From: Euglena gracilis | Taxonomy: Eukaryota | Assembly (NCBI GenBank): GCA_039621445.1 | Contig: CP154954.1 | Coordinates: forward strand, 8,806,634-8,870,633 | DNA length: 64,000 nt | Reading direction: 5' to 3' | In this document: piece by piece, positions 1-13,151 of the stretch | Numbering within the stretch: the first letter of the stretch is position 1 | Layout: each line of letters begins with the position of its first letter | Notes under the pieces: model-generated | Database searches by the model: none | The model's input: only the letters and a program-made list of their open reading frames with translations | What the model was told of the DNA's origin: nothing | Position numbers and translations under genes: made by a program

Positions 1-624
1 AAGGCAATGCTGCCCCACAGTAAAAGATTTGCCCAACTGAATGAAACCAGCACAAGCACTGTCCAGACCCACATCAAAGAACACCTGAATGAGCATGTAG
101 GTTGCCACGTGGAAAGGCCGATCTGACCCATCTGGCACATTTTTCGTTGAGCGTTGGGACTGATCTTTTCTCAGTTTCCATGCTTTTGGCTGGAAGCCAA
201 TGCTGACGCTTCTTGCAACCGCGCATCGGTTTCTTCCATTCGCGTTTTGGGTCTCCTTCACAGCAATCGAAGCACCGCCGGGACCTCCTCTCACCTGGCG
301 AGGTACGCCTCCTGCAGCCACAGCATTGCCGACACAACATGCTGGCCCCTAATCATCTAATCATGTAGAATTTCACACCTGCGACAGGGGTGTGAGGGTG
401 GGGTGGCAAACGGCTACGCATTTGCACCAGGAAACGGCTGGGCCTTAGTGGCCCCTGTGGCGAGTGAGGCGCCTGGGGAGCGCTTGCCCCTGGAGGGCGC
501 AATATGGGCCGCGGGTGAATGAAAGGTTCATCGAAGATTGAAATTGATGGAACCTGAGAAGAACAAAGCCCGCCTGACCACAAATTGGTTTTCCACTTCC
601 CCCTGGGCGGGCTAGCCTCCACAG

Positions 625-1790
625 CCGAGGATGATTGACAAAATCGTTGTATTTCGTGCGCCAGATATTGTCATTCGGGGTCTTCTTTTCTGGGTTTTGC
701 AGTGGGGGGGGGGTCGGAAGTCTTGGAAAAGAAGCTTGGTCTCAAGATCTTTTAATGTGTCCACCCAGTCACTGCTACCCATGCGTAACTTACTGAGTCC
801 TATTGTGGCCGTCCGCCTCTAAGCGGCCCTCTTCAACAAAGTGGTCAAATTGGGTGCAGCGGCAACGTCGGCGTTCTCAGGACACACATCAGAAGGATAA
901 AATATTTTTACGGGGTACATAGTCAACTCTTTCCACCAAAGTATTTCCTATCACATTCTTAAGGTTTCTGGTTTTACTAAAAAAGAAAATACCATGAAGG
1001 TGGCCATGGGAACCATTCATTTAAATGATTATATACACATCAAAAAAATGTGCAAATGCAACATTCTATAGGACATTGTACTGCATTGTATGTAATTCTA
1101 TGTTATAAAATTATTCAATAATTATTTCGTGCATGCAACTTTTTGTTAAAGCATAATTCCAAACGCAACGACTTCGAATTCAGTGCAATTGTTATTGATA
1201 TCGTGTATGACAACATACATTTTTTCCTGATTCTGATCAGGTTTGATACAAAAACCAATTGTGTGTTTATGTATTGTTTGTTTATTGTATCCAAAGAAAT
1301 ATATTATTAAATCTTCAAATTTTACATCATCTTGTATTTTGATCATTTGTGAGTTGAGTAAATTTCCTTATTTCATGATGAAGCGATGGCTCGCAAAGCC
1401 ATGCCAATCCTGTAAAGCAGAATGTTGTTGTATGGTGTAAAATGAGTTAAATAAGGGTACGGTGTACCGCCGAGGATGATTGACAAAATCGTTGTACTTC
1501 GTGCGCCAGATCTTGTCATTCGGGGTCTTCTTTTCTGGGTTTTGCAGTGGGGGGGTCGGAAGTCTTGGAAAAGAAGCTTGGTCTCAAGATCTTCTAATGT
1601 GTCCACCCGGTCACTGCTACCCATGCGTAACTTACTGAGTCCTATTGTGGCCGTCCGCCTCTAAGCGGCCCTCTTCAACAAAGTGGTCAAATTGGGTGCA
1701 GTGGCAACGTCGGCGTTCTCAGGACACACATCAGAAGGATAAAATATTTTTACGGGGTACATAGTCAACTCTTTCCACCAAAATATTTAT
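625..1790. repeat. Near-identical ~320-bp direct duplication (625-945 and 1470-1787) around an AT-rich insert
   Basis: Direct sequence comparison. Confidence 0.85.
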
Positions 1791-3162
1791 CCAGCTCGAA
1801 ACGTAGATCCACCATCCCAAAGGGCCACACAATTTGATGAAGGAGTCTCTTTGTTGCGATGTGTTGGGCCGGATCGGCCTCTCAAGAGTTTTGCTCCAAA
1901 GATTTGCATGATCAACAGTGTTGCACTGTCCCCAGCAAAGGTCAAACATTTTGTCATGTCATCAACGAAACCTTAGTTATCAACCCCTCTGGCACGCTTC
2001 CCATTTGAGCCTTGAAGTAATCTTTTCTCAGGTGCCAATTATTAGACTGAGGCCGCACGTATATTTTTTTTTTACAACCACACCTTGGTTTCTTTCATTC
2101 ACGTTTCATTCTGTTGCAATTTTGTTACTGAAATTTATGAGGGTGTCTGAATCATGAAAAGATCCTTGTGAGTTCAGAACACTGTCAGGCAGACATTTTC
2201 ATGTGCTGGCAGAAAACGTGCACAGCACACGATGGCGATTTTTTGCACACCAAGAACCACAGTTTACCACAACAATATTCACAGAGGAATAACAAAGGTG
2301 TTTTCAGACTGCATTGTAAACGGCATCCTGCATGACCAAAGACAACAAATCTGAATTGTTTAAAAGGTTTATTTTCGAAGAGGAAAATGATGTTGTTTGG
2401 GATTGAAGATCAAATGTTTAAGGTGGACAGCGGGCCCCTCTCCCTAAAATTATGTGATTTGTGTCTTATTTGCGATCTTTTCGGATCTCCTCCACCAACC
2501 ACCACGAACCTGGTTTGGGTTTTTGTTTGAGCTCACAGAGACACCATTGGACAGAGCTTGAGTGGTGGAGGCGGACATACCCGAGGCAGCAGCTATTGAT
2601 GGAATTTCGGGCCTGCAACTATCTGTACATGAAGTGTTTAAGAGTATTTTATGTGTTTTGTGTTTCTCAGCAACGCGGCCACCTGGACTCACGCGTGGTT
2701 GAGTAGTATGAAAAAACAAAATTTTAAATTGGGAAATCGAACAAAAACGAACCATTGCATCGGAAATGTCAGATTCAGTGAAATACGGGGGGGAATTCTC
2801 GATTTATTTTCGAATGAAATCTGCCACATGGAGCAATGTACAAACACGCAATCACAAATAACTGGAAGCGAATCGGAGAATTCTTTTTACACTGTGTATA
2901 TTAATGGACCATGGCATTGATGCCCCCCCCTCGGAAATAGGAGATTCAGTGTGTTGTTGTTTTAAAACTGACGTTCTCATGACAAACGAAGTAACCCCCC
3001 CCCCAATTTCAACCGACCCATCAGTTTAGGATTTTTGGGTTGGCGGAAATCCTGGAGGGGGTCGGTTTGGACGCGGGGTCGGTTTCAGGCGGAGCACATG
3101 GCTGGCCCACGGTTGGTCGACGGCGTGACGGAAACGGGTTGATGTCAGCAAGGTAATTTTGT

Positions 3163-5480
3163 TTGGCAAATGCCTAATTTGGTCAGCCAATTCCTAAACT
3201 TTGAGTGACAAATGCCTATTTTGGGATGCAAATTCTTAATTTTCGGGGGCAAATGCCGAATTTTGGGTGTCATATCCAATTTTTGGTAGCAAGCTGCCTA
3301 ATTTTTGGGTGCAAACTTCAAATTCTCGGTGGCAAATGCCTAGTTTTGTGATTTTTGGGTGCCAACTCCAAATTTTTGGAGGAAAACGTCCAATTTGACC
3401 ACGGTTCGCAGAAAGCAATGCAAAGTTGTGCCAGAGTCAAATGGAGCAAATAAGCATCAACCCGCGTTTATTGTAGTCATCTACGCTTGAGCGGCCTTTG
3501 AGAGGTGGGAGTCCCCCACCCCTGTGTGGTGGCCCATGCACCGTACATGGTACACCGAGAGGCATTTTTGGCACCGGTAGGCTGCCTCGGTGACCATGTC
3601 CAGGTTGCATATGCTGGACAGATGAGGGCATCATGCAATAGTCTCAGAATGTGCAGGGCGTTCAAAGCAGCGACTTGTGCTGTGCACTCCTCGCCCCCCC
3701 CCCCCGTCCGCCTTCGTTCGTCGGCTTCTGGACGGAGGGACGTCGTGATGTGCACAGCACAAGTCCCTGCTTGCCTGCCTTTGTCAGTCACCCCCTGCAA
3801 AATCTCTGTCCAATTCTGTGTGTTATGGAGGGTAAGGTAATACTAAGGAGAAGTATCCTAGTCATCCGGTAGAAATCAATGTTAGATCCTTTGTGTTGCG
3901 CAGCAACAAATCTATTGTTGAAGTTATTTTTCTTCACCACAACCTTGAGCCCACCGGCTGGAGCAGTGATTGCCAACAAAAATCTGCTTTGATGGCAACA
4001 TATTTGCATTGTCTCCCTTGCAAACTGTAGGCCCGGAACATAACCCAATAAGTACACTGAAAGAAGCACCGCAGAGGTGCAAAACAAATAACCAAGCCCT
4101 AAGCCCTAAGCTGATTCGTGAAAAAGATGCAAAAACAGGGGAAGCGGCATTCCTGTCTTCCCATCTGACCCATCTTCCAAATTGGGCACGCTTGATTTGA
4201 TTGATGACCCATCACACAATTGACATATTTGCCAATGGTGGTTGAGCTAATCCTTTCTCAATTGCCATGTTTTTGGATGTTTTGCCTTTGCTGCCTCCAA
4301 AGGGGGATGATTGGTTTTTCTTGAAATCCCATTTTGCGCTGTGTGGGGGCTGGAGCAATGGTTGCCAAGGAGTCCTCGTAGCAAACTGCGAAGCCAAAAC
4401 ACAACCTAATGAGTGCACTGGAGGCACAACACAAATAGCTAAGCCCAACAATGACCTGATTTGGGGTTGAATTGAAATTGAAGTTGAAGAAACCGACAAA
4501 AAAGGTGGAAAAGCACACAGAATCTTGGTTTTTGCGATGCCAAACATATGGCAAAGGCAATGCTGCACAGAGCAAAAGGATTGCACAAATCATTGAAGCG
4601 AGTGCAAGCACTGTCCAGACCCACATCAAAGGACACCTGAATGAGTATGTTGGTTACTGTGTGGAAACACCGACCTGACCCATCTGGCACGCTTCCTGTT
4701 GAGCGTTGGGACTGATCTTTTCTCGATCGCCATGCGCACTGTAGGACCTGTACGGCGCTGGTTGGGCGGCCGCCGCGAGGCCTGCGAGGGAAAACCAACA
4801 ACAAATCCCGGGAGGGGGTAAACTTGGGCCCCCTGCCCTTGGTAAAGGCGTAGTGGCGAACTGCACCGGCACATAACCCCCGACCACTTGTCCATGATGG
4901 AAAGCCGCCTGGGATCCCCTTTGCGTTCCGGCTCTTTTGGCTGGAAGCCAATGCAGACGTGGCTTCTTGCACCCGCGCCTTGGTTGCTTTCGTTTGCAGT
5001 TTGTCGCTTTGGGTCTCTTTCACAGCAACTGCAGCACCGCTGGCAGCTCCTCTCGCCTGGCAAGGTCCTCCTCCTGCAGCCGAGCATTGCCGACACGGCA
5101 CGCTGGCCCCTAATCACGTGGAATTTCACACCTGCGACAGGGGTGTGAGGGCGGGGTGGCAAACGGCTACGCATTTGCACCAGGAAACGGCTGGGCCTCA
5201 GTGGCCCCTGTGGCGAGTGGGGCGCCTGGGGAGCGCTTGCCCCTGGAGGACGTCAGGTGGGCGGGTGAATGAAAGATAGATCGAAGATTGAAATTGATGG
5301 AACCCGAGAAGAAACAAAACCCGCCTGACCACAAATTGGTTTTCCACTTCCCCCCTGGCAGGCTAGCCTCCACAGCTGAGCCGGACTGGCCGCGTCCGGG
5401 TTGGTCAGGGGATTTAATAGTCTTCATCAGAGCTGGGCCACGAGGGCTCGAATTCCGAGAGGAGAAGCTGGAGCACCTCG
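3163..5480. repeat. ~2.3-kb degenerate repeat unit (other copy 8168-10430; fragments 1-622, 16200-16680, 18950-19250)
   Basis: Colinear diverged copies visible directly. Confidence 0.85.
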
Positions 5481-6691
5481 CCGGGCTCCCCGACCTGGCC
5501 CTCCTCAGCCAGACCACCAAAACGTTACCACCATCTGGACGCGTTAAGTGCATGTCCGTGCACTTTCTTGTCCTCTGGATTCTGGATACCAGCACTTCTT
5601 CAAAATCTGCTCAACCGATATGTTGTGGTGTTGTTGTGCACAGCGGAATCATATGAAGTCACGCATCTCGGTCCATGGGCTACAGAGGCCCATGCATATT
5701 CCACTCTCTATGCTAACAGGGTTCTGGGCAATCTCAACCCAACGAAGCAGTCCTCCATATTACCCTCCCTCCCAGGTGGGCTTTTGGACATCCAGGAAGA
5801 CTTTTTTTTTTCCTGATTTGGTGGTGCACGATGGTTTGTGAAGCGCCGGATGTACCGGATGAACAGAGGCAGACGAGATGCTTAAGGCTTCTGGTTTTAC
5901 TAAAAAAGAAAATACCATTCCAAGAGCCTTGGTGTCACAGTTTTCTTTGCAGTCTCCTGCTCTGAGACCACCAGGTTCTGGCCAAGGCCCTACGCCCGCA
6001 GCCGAGGGGCGTTGGAAGGGTTGTCGAAACGGCTTGAATGCAAGACAGATTGAAAGTTGAAATTGCTGGAACTTGAAAAGATACAAAATCCGCCCGACCG
6101 CAAATCGGTTTTCGGTTTCTCCCCTTTTCTCCCCCCCCCCGGGGGGGGCTGGCCTCCAAAGGTAAGCCGGACAGGTGGCCGCGTCCGGGTTGGTGGGAGG
6201 GATTTAAGAGTCCTCACCGGAGCCGGGCCACAAGGGCTCGAACTAGCTGGAGCACCCCGCCAGTCTCCCTGACCTGGTCTTCCTGTTCCTGCTCAACCAC
6301 ACCGCCAGGTTTCGGTGATGGTGGCTTTTGGACGCGTTAAGGGCGTGTTCGTGTGATTTCTTGTCCGCTGCTCTGGATTTCAGATACCAGCACTTCTTCA
6401 AAATCTGCTCAACCGATATGTTGTGCACAGCGGCATCAGATGATGTCACGCATCTCGGTCACTGGGTTTCAGAGGCCCACGCATCATGCACCACTCTCTA
6501 TGCTAATTTCTGGCCATTCTCAACCCAATGAAGGCGTAGCAGTCCTCCCTATTTCCCTTCCTCCCAGGTGGGCTTTTGGACATTCAGGAAGACTTTTTTT
6601 CCCTGATTTGGTGATGTACGATGGTTTGTGAAGCGCGGATGTGCCGGATGAACAGAGGCAGACGAGAGGCGCAGGGCTTCTGGTTTTACTA

Positions 6692-6944
6692 CCCCCCCCC
6701 CTTGTCGTACGCGACCCCTCATTTACGGCCACCCCCCGGTCGCAGGTTGCAGGTCATGGGGGTGTTATGACCACCCCCCTGTTTGCAGGTTGCAGGTTGC
6801 AAAAAAATCATCACCACCTTACCTGCGACCGCCCCCTCATTTACGACCACCCCCCCGGGTCGCAGGTTGCAGATTATGGGGGTGTTACGACCCCCCCCCG
6901 GTCGCAGGTTGCAGGAACCCGGTCGTACAACAAGGGGGGGCGGG
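6692..6944. mobile_element. TA-flanked (Tc1/mariner-type) MITE
   Basis: TIR C(n)TTGTCGTACG/CGTACAACAAG(n); internal GTCGCAGGTTGCAG repeats; empty site in paralogous repeats near 5901 and 977. Confidence 0.75.
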
Positions 6945-8167
6945 TAGAGAAAAAGAAGGGCTTTGTTGTCTACACAGTTTTCTTTGCAGTCTCTTGCTCC
7001 TCCCCCTGAATAGAAGCACCCCAGGGTCGCCAACGGAGGGGGGGCGGGCTTGTAATCGGTGGGGATATTATTCAGGAGAGGTTTCTTTTAAGGGGGGTTA
7101 CAAATTCCCCCAGGTGGTCCTGGTCGACCACTTTCTTGCTCGCTTTCTTGGGTCGAACACGAATTCTGACCCCAGCGAGCCCTTGGGTTCGGCAACATCT
7201 TCACCACAATTAAAGGTACGTCTTGAGGGACTCCCGGTGGCGTCGCTCATTTGCGCATCCTCTGGTCCTGCACGTCGGGTCACGCGCCGGGACCAAAGCC
7301 GTCCAACCACCACACTGCCCCAGCCTAGCCACACACCTGCTGCGTCGGGCAGGGCGGAGCCAAAGACGGGCGGGGGCCGACGGGGCCACAGCCGCCAGGC
7401 TCCAGGCCAAAGCCCCCGGCCCGCCATCCGATAGAACAATGACGGTGCAGGGGGCGCTGAGCGCGGACACGACCACAGAAAGCCACACCGCAGCGTCCCC
7501 CCATGAACTGCACTGCTTGCCATTTCCTGCTGGTATCACCACTCACAACTGCCGGATTGCCTGTGACCACACACACCAGCATAGTCTGCCTTCCAGCCGC
7601 AATGCCTCATGACCATTTCTCGGGATATTTCCGCATCCCCTCCAATCAATCAATCTCACCATTCTTCCCAATTAGTGCAGACTGGTCTGCTCCTCTGAAT
7701 GCAATCAACTCCATACACAAAACATCGGCCTCTGGATAATTCAGCGGTCTTATGTCAGCTGGCTTTTCATGCAGCAGACACAATGGTGGCAATTACGCGG
7801 CGAGGCCAGAAATTTCATTTGATCACTTGTCTCATGTGTGCATACGCTCCATCTCACCACATCAGTCCATTCCAATACCAGTGCGTGCATCTGGTAACTC
7901 GTCAAGGTCAGATCCATATCTCTGCCTCCATGTTTGTTCTCTTCTCCAAACAACACCACACGCCTACTCGCAGACAGACAGACTGCATGCAAATTCAGCT
8001 GGCCAATTCGCTTCTGTGTCCACATCAACCACTCTTCCAAAACAGAGAATGGCTGCAAAGCACCAGGATCTTGCAATTTAGGATATTTAGTATGGTGTGA
8101 AAGGTGATCCTGTAACAGCTCGGCGATCTGGCGCTGTGGTATACTGTGTAATTCACTGCCATTCAAA

Positions 8168-10430
8168 GTTTGGCAAATGCCTAATCTGGTCAGCCAATTC
8201 CTAAACTTTGAGTGACAAATGCCTACTTTGGGATGCAAATTCTTAATATTGTGGGCAAATGCCGAATTTTGGGTGTCATATCCAATTTTTGGTAGCAAGC
8301 TGCCTAATTTTTGGGTGCAAACTTCAAACTCTCGGTGGCAAATGCCTAGTTTTGTGATTTTTGGGTGCCAGCTCCAAATTTTTTGAGAAAAACGCCCAAT
8401 TTGACCACGGTTCGCAGAAAGCAATGCAAAGTTGTGCCAGAGTAAAATGGAGCAAATAAGGATCAACCCGCGTTTATTGTAGCAAATTGGGCACAATGGC
8501 AACGTCGGTCGGTATTTCCAAGGGCACATCTAAGAAGGATTATCTTTCCGTTGTCACGTATTCAAATCCTTCTGTCGAAATCCACACAATGATAATATGC
8601 AGGATCATCCCCTCACATAATCCCCAAAGCATTGGTCAGCTTAGAGGTGGGAGTCCCCCACCCCTGTGTGGTGGCCCATGCACCATACATGGTACACCGA
8701 GAGGCATTTTTGGCACCGGTAGGCTGCCTCGGTGACCATGTCCAGGTTGATGCTGGACAGATGAGGGTATCATGCAATCGCTCAGAATGTGCAGGGCGTT
8801 CAAAGCAGCGACTTGTGCTGTGCACTCCTCGCCCCCCCCCCGTCCGCCTTCTTTCGTCGGCTTCCAGACAGGGGGGGACGTCGTGCTATGCACAGCACAA
8901 GTCCCTGCTTGCCTGCCTTTGTCAGTTACCCCCTGCAAAATCTCTGTCCAATTCTGTGTGTTATGGAGGGTAAGGTAATACTAAGGAGAAGTATCCTAGT
9001 CATCCGGTAGAATTCAAGGTTAGATCCTTTGTGTTGCTCAGCAACAAATCTATTTTTGAAGTTATTTTTTCTTCACCACAACCTTCAAGCCCACCGGCAC
9101 TGCTCCGCTCATTGCCAAGAAATCTGCTTTGATGGCAATATACTGTATTGTCTCCCTTGCAAATTGTAGGCCCAAAGCATAACCCAACAAGGACACTGAA
9201 AGAAGCACCGTAGAGGCGCAAAACAAATAGCCAAGCCCAAATGATAAGCTGATTCGTGAAAAAGATGCAAACACAGGGGAAGCTGCATTCCCATCTTCCC
9301 ATCTGACTCATCTTCCAAATTGGGCACGCTTGATTTGGTTGATGACCCATCACACGATTGACACACTTGCCAATGGTGGTTGAGCTAATCCTTTCTCAAT
9401 TGCCATGTTTTTGGATGGTTTGCCTTTGCTGCCTCCAAGGGGGGATGATTGGTTTTTCTTGAAATCCCATTTTGCGCTGTGTGGGGGCTGGAGCAATGGT
9501 TGCCAAGGAGTCCTCGTTGCAAACTGCGAAGCCAAAACACAACCCAACGAGTGCCACTGGAGGCACAACACAAATAGCCAAGCCCAACAATGACCTGATT
9601 TGGGGTTGAATTGAAATTGAAGTTGAAGAAATCGACAAAAAAGTGGAAAAGCACACAGAATCTTGGTTTTTGCGATGCCAAAAATATTGCAAAGGCAATG
9701 CTACACAGAGCAAAATGATTGCACAATGAATGAAACGAGTGCAAGCACTGTCCAGACCCACATCAAAGAACACCTGAATGAGTATGTTGGTTGGTTGGTC
9801 GTGTGGAAAGACCGACCTGACCCATCTGGCACGCTTCCCATTGAGCGTTGGGACTTATCTTTTCTCGATCGCCATGCTTTTGGCTGGAAGCCAATGCAGT
9901 CGTGGCTTCTTGCACCCGCGCCTTGGTTGCTTTCGTTTGCAGTTTGTCGCTTTGGGTCTCTTTCGCAGCAACCGCAGCACTGCCGGGAGCTCCTCTCGCC
10001 TGGCAAGGTCCTCCTCCTGCAGCCGCAGCATTGCCGACACGGCACGCTGGCCCCTAATCACGTGGAATTTCACACCTGCGACAAGGGTGTGAGGGCGGGG
10101 TGGCAAACGGCTAAACGCATTTGCACCAGGAAGTGTCTGGGCCTTAGTGGCCCCTGTGGCGAGTGGGGCACCTGGGGAGCGCTTGCCCCTGGAGGACGTA
10201 ATGTGGGCCGCGGGTGAATGAAAGATGGATCGAAGATTGAAATTGATGGACCTGAGAAGAAACAAAACCCGCCTGACCACAATTGGTTTTCCACTTCCCC
10301 CCTGGCAGGCTAGCCTCCACAGGTGAGCCGGACTGGCCGCGTCCGGGTCGGTCAGGGGATTTAAGAGTCTTCATCAGAGCTGGGCCACAAGGGCTCAAAT
10401 TCCGAGAGGAGAAGCTGGAGCACCTCGCCG
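8168..10430. repeat. Second copy of the ~2.3-kb repeat unit
   Basis: Colinear with 3163-5480. Confidence 0.85.
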
Positions 10431-10626
10431 GGTGTGAAAAGTTGGAAAAAACGGCGTGTCACAGAGTTGTGATCCCTGGGTGCTTGAAGTGCGAGGAGCG
10501 GCACAGCGGGAACCACCCAGGTGGGGGGGGGGGTTGGGGTGCTGTGGGCAAGCCCAGGGACCTGTCCCAACGTCTGGTGAGCAACGCCAGGTCCCACACT
10601 GCCAGGCGCAGAAGGCAATAATTATA

Positions 10627-10850
10627 GACATTGCGCTTAAGCGCAAATTCTTTGATTTGCGCTTAAGCGCAAGTTAAAACAGAAGCCCCTGAGCTTATGG
10701 AAGTCCCTCTAATGTGTTACGGTGTGTTGGGGGCCCCTCTCTGAACGACCAGTGTGCGGGTTTGGTGAGGAAATGCATTGTGCCGAAAGCGCAAATTTTT
10801 TAACTTGCGCTTAAGCGCAAATCAAAGAATTTGCGCTTAAGCGCAGTGTC
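10627..10850. mobile_element. MITE with ~53-bp TIRs containing TTGCGCTTAAGCGCAA palindromes
   Basis: Near-perfect long inverted repeats at both ends. Confidence 0.75.
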
Positions 10851-12765
10851 CTTTCATATGGCAGATGCGTTTGAATGCGTTCGTGCTGTGTGAGAAGGTG
10901 GGCGATAGAGGAGAATGATGAGGAGGGTTTGAGCGCTGCAGTGCCAGAAGCTTGGTTGGTGCTTTTGAACTACTCAGGTGCTGGGGAGGAAGTGGCTGTT
11001 GCAATAAGACCAATCGTGGGCGGTAGGCTGTGGAGCCTCAGTGACCTTGCACTCAGTGCACAAAGTGGGTTTTTTTGGGATGTTGACAGAAAGATTTTTT
11101 CGGCTGAGCAATGCCCTCCATCTGCCTGGTGGCATGTGGCTGTCTGGTGGGTTGCAAATTACCGAAAAAAGGTGTGTCAGCATGCCTTCCCTTCTCCGCC
11201 GTTGTTGATGGGCCCTTTCAATTTCTCAATTCCATTTGCTCATCCCCAACGTTGGGTGGCCGAGGAAAGGGGGGTGATGAACTTCTTTAAAACACCCTTT
11301 CGACGCCTAAAACTGTTTTCTCGGATGTGATTCCCAGGGTTTATCTCGTACCTGTTCTTTTCCAAACAGAATTTTTCCGACTTTCAAAGGTCGGCCAAAG
11401 AGAAGGGCCCTCAGGCACGCTTAAGTGCGAGGCAGGTGTGAGGAACCTCCGGCACTGGAAGTTGGGTTTACAACCCACAGGACAAGACACGTCTGGATAT
11501 CAAGAAGTTGGTGGTTGCTTTCACACACCAGGGGGTTGGCTTCCTGTCCCAGGCAAGGCTTCCCTCCAACTTAGCCCTGTTCGCTCTGGTGATAAGATTG
11601 ATCCAAGGCTGCTCTGTCCACCCGCAGTGATAAACATGAGAAATTAGAAAATTGATAACTGTTGCTCCACAGGCAATGGATAGGCTTATGAAGAATAGAA
11701 ATTTAAGAGTTACATTGTGCAAAGCGCAACAGAAATGCATTTTTTGAAAAGCGCAAAGCAGTGTGGCTCTTGCGCCGACGCGCAATGTTGACCAATTGTA
11801 AGGCAACGTGACTGAGCGTAGGCTTCCGTCCCCCTGTCCTGTATTTTTGTGCTCTATCACCTCTGGTGTTTATACTCTACCCGGGCCGTTCTCTCCCTCC
11901 ATTGTGAGATAAGTTTTAAACAGTTGTATTTGCGCTTCGGCGCAAGCCATGTTGCTTTTACAATTTTGAAAAATTGTATTTCTATTTGCGCTTTGGCGCA
12001 AGGTGCCTCTTAAATTTCCATACTTCATGAGCCTGCCCATTGCGCTTTGGCGCAAGGGAAACACATGTTGACACAAAAGTTGTTATCATTGCTCAAGTGC
12101 GGGAATGGTCACCCACATGTTGAATTACAAAAGTTAAAAATTTGCGCCAAAGCGCAAATGTTTTTTGTAATGAAAAAAAATTTGCGCCAAAGCAAATGCA
12201 CAATGGAGTCCCCTCGTTTCATCACCCGCCGCTTTGTGTTCAGTCACACTGGGCCCCGGGAGCGCTGTGCACGTGGACCGTGGAGTTCCAAGTTGTTGCT
12301 TTCGTCCCCAGGCCCTGGGGTGCAAGGACACACTTTTTTCAGACTGTCCTGAGTCTCAGGCGTCGGTGTTCGAAAACGAATTTTTTTTTGGATTTGCGTG
12401 TCGGCGCAAATTTTCAGTCACTTTCAAAGCTAAGTGCGAATTAGGCCGCCTAAGTGGAAGGGATGTCCTAATATTAGGGTCTCTTGGAACACATCTCAAA
12501 CGCAGGAGGCTGACTAACTTGTTTTTTGTCACGCTGGCCTTCTGGTGAAGGCAACTCCCTAGAAGCTTCAGATAAAATTAAACTGAGCGGCAGGAACAGC
12601 ATAAATCAAAGATCTTTGGATGTGTCACAACATCCCTCCCATGTCCAACTACCCTTTAATGCCCAACGACAACCTGACACCTTTTCGGCTGGTCTGGCCA
12701 GATCTCCCGCCTGGCGCTTTGTTCCAGCCGAATTTTTTTAGCCTAAATTCGGCAAAAACAGACTA

Positions 12766-13151
12766 CATTCCCCCCCCTTGTCCTTGACACGCCTTGTCCA
12801 TGACACACCCCCCGTGTCAACCGCACTTTTCCCGTACCTGAAAAGAGTAAAGTATTTTTGACACACTTCACGTCTCTGGAGCTAATTGGTTGCCATTTTC
12901 TGCACAGAACCATGGCTTTGAACTCATCTTCTTTTGAGTTTGGTGATTTAGTGAGATGTGAGCACTCCAATGGAGTTATTGTTGATGCTATGGTGATTGG
13001 GCCCTCAAACCGAGGTCCAGATTATCTGGCCATCATTTGTTGCATTTTTTGTGGTACGGTTCCCATGACACGGCGTGTCCATGACACACCCCCCGTGTCA
13101 ACCGCACTTTCCCCGTACTTTGGCGTGTCAAGGACAAGGGGGGGGGGAATG
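12766..13151. mobile_element. TA-flanked MITE
   Basis: About 28-bp TIR CATTC(n)TTGTCCTTGACACGCC with TA on both sides. Confidence 0.85.

Noticed and set aside
7445-7460. GTGCAGGGGGCGC as the 5' partner of the stem before exon 27296
   Set aside because: The required phase has an upstream stop codon and there is no midasin-like peptide.
1480-8640. MULE/SWIM transposase remnants (PP..K..RP, CHCxQF, RLCW..QA)
   Set aside because: Motifs are short, in different frames and in inconsistent order; would need an HMM search.
10875-11647. ORFs of 151 and 106 aa
   Set aside because: No recognisable domain, no host codon bias, embedded in repeats.
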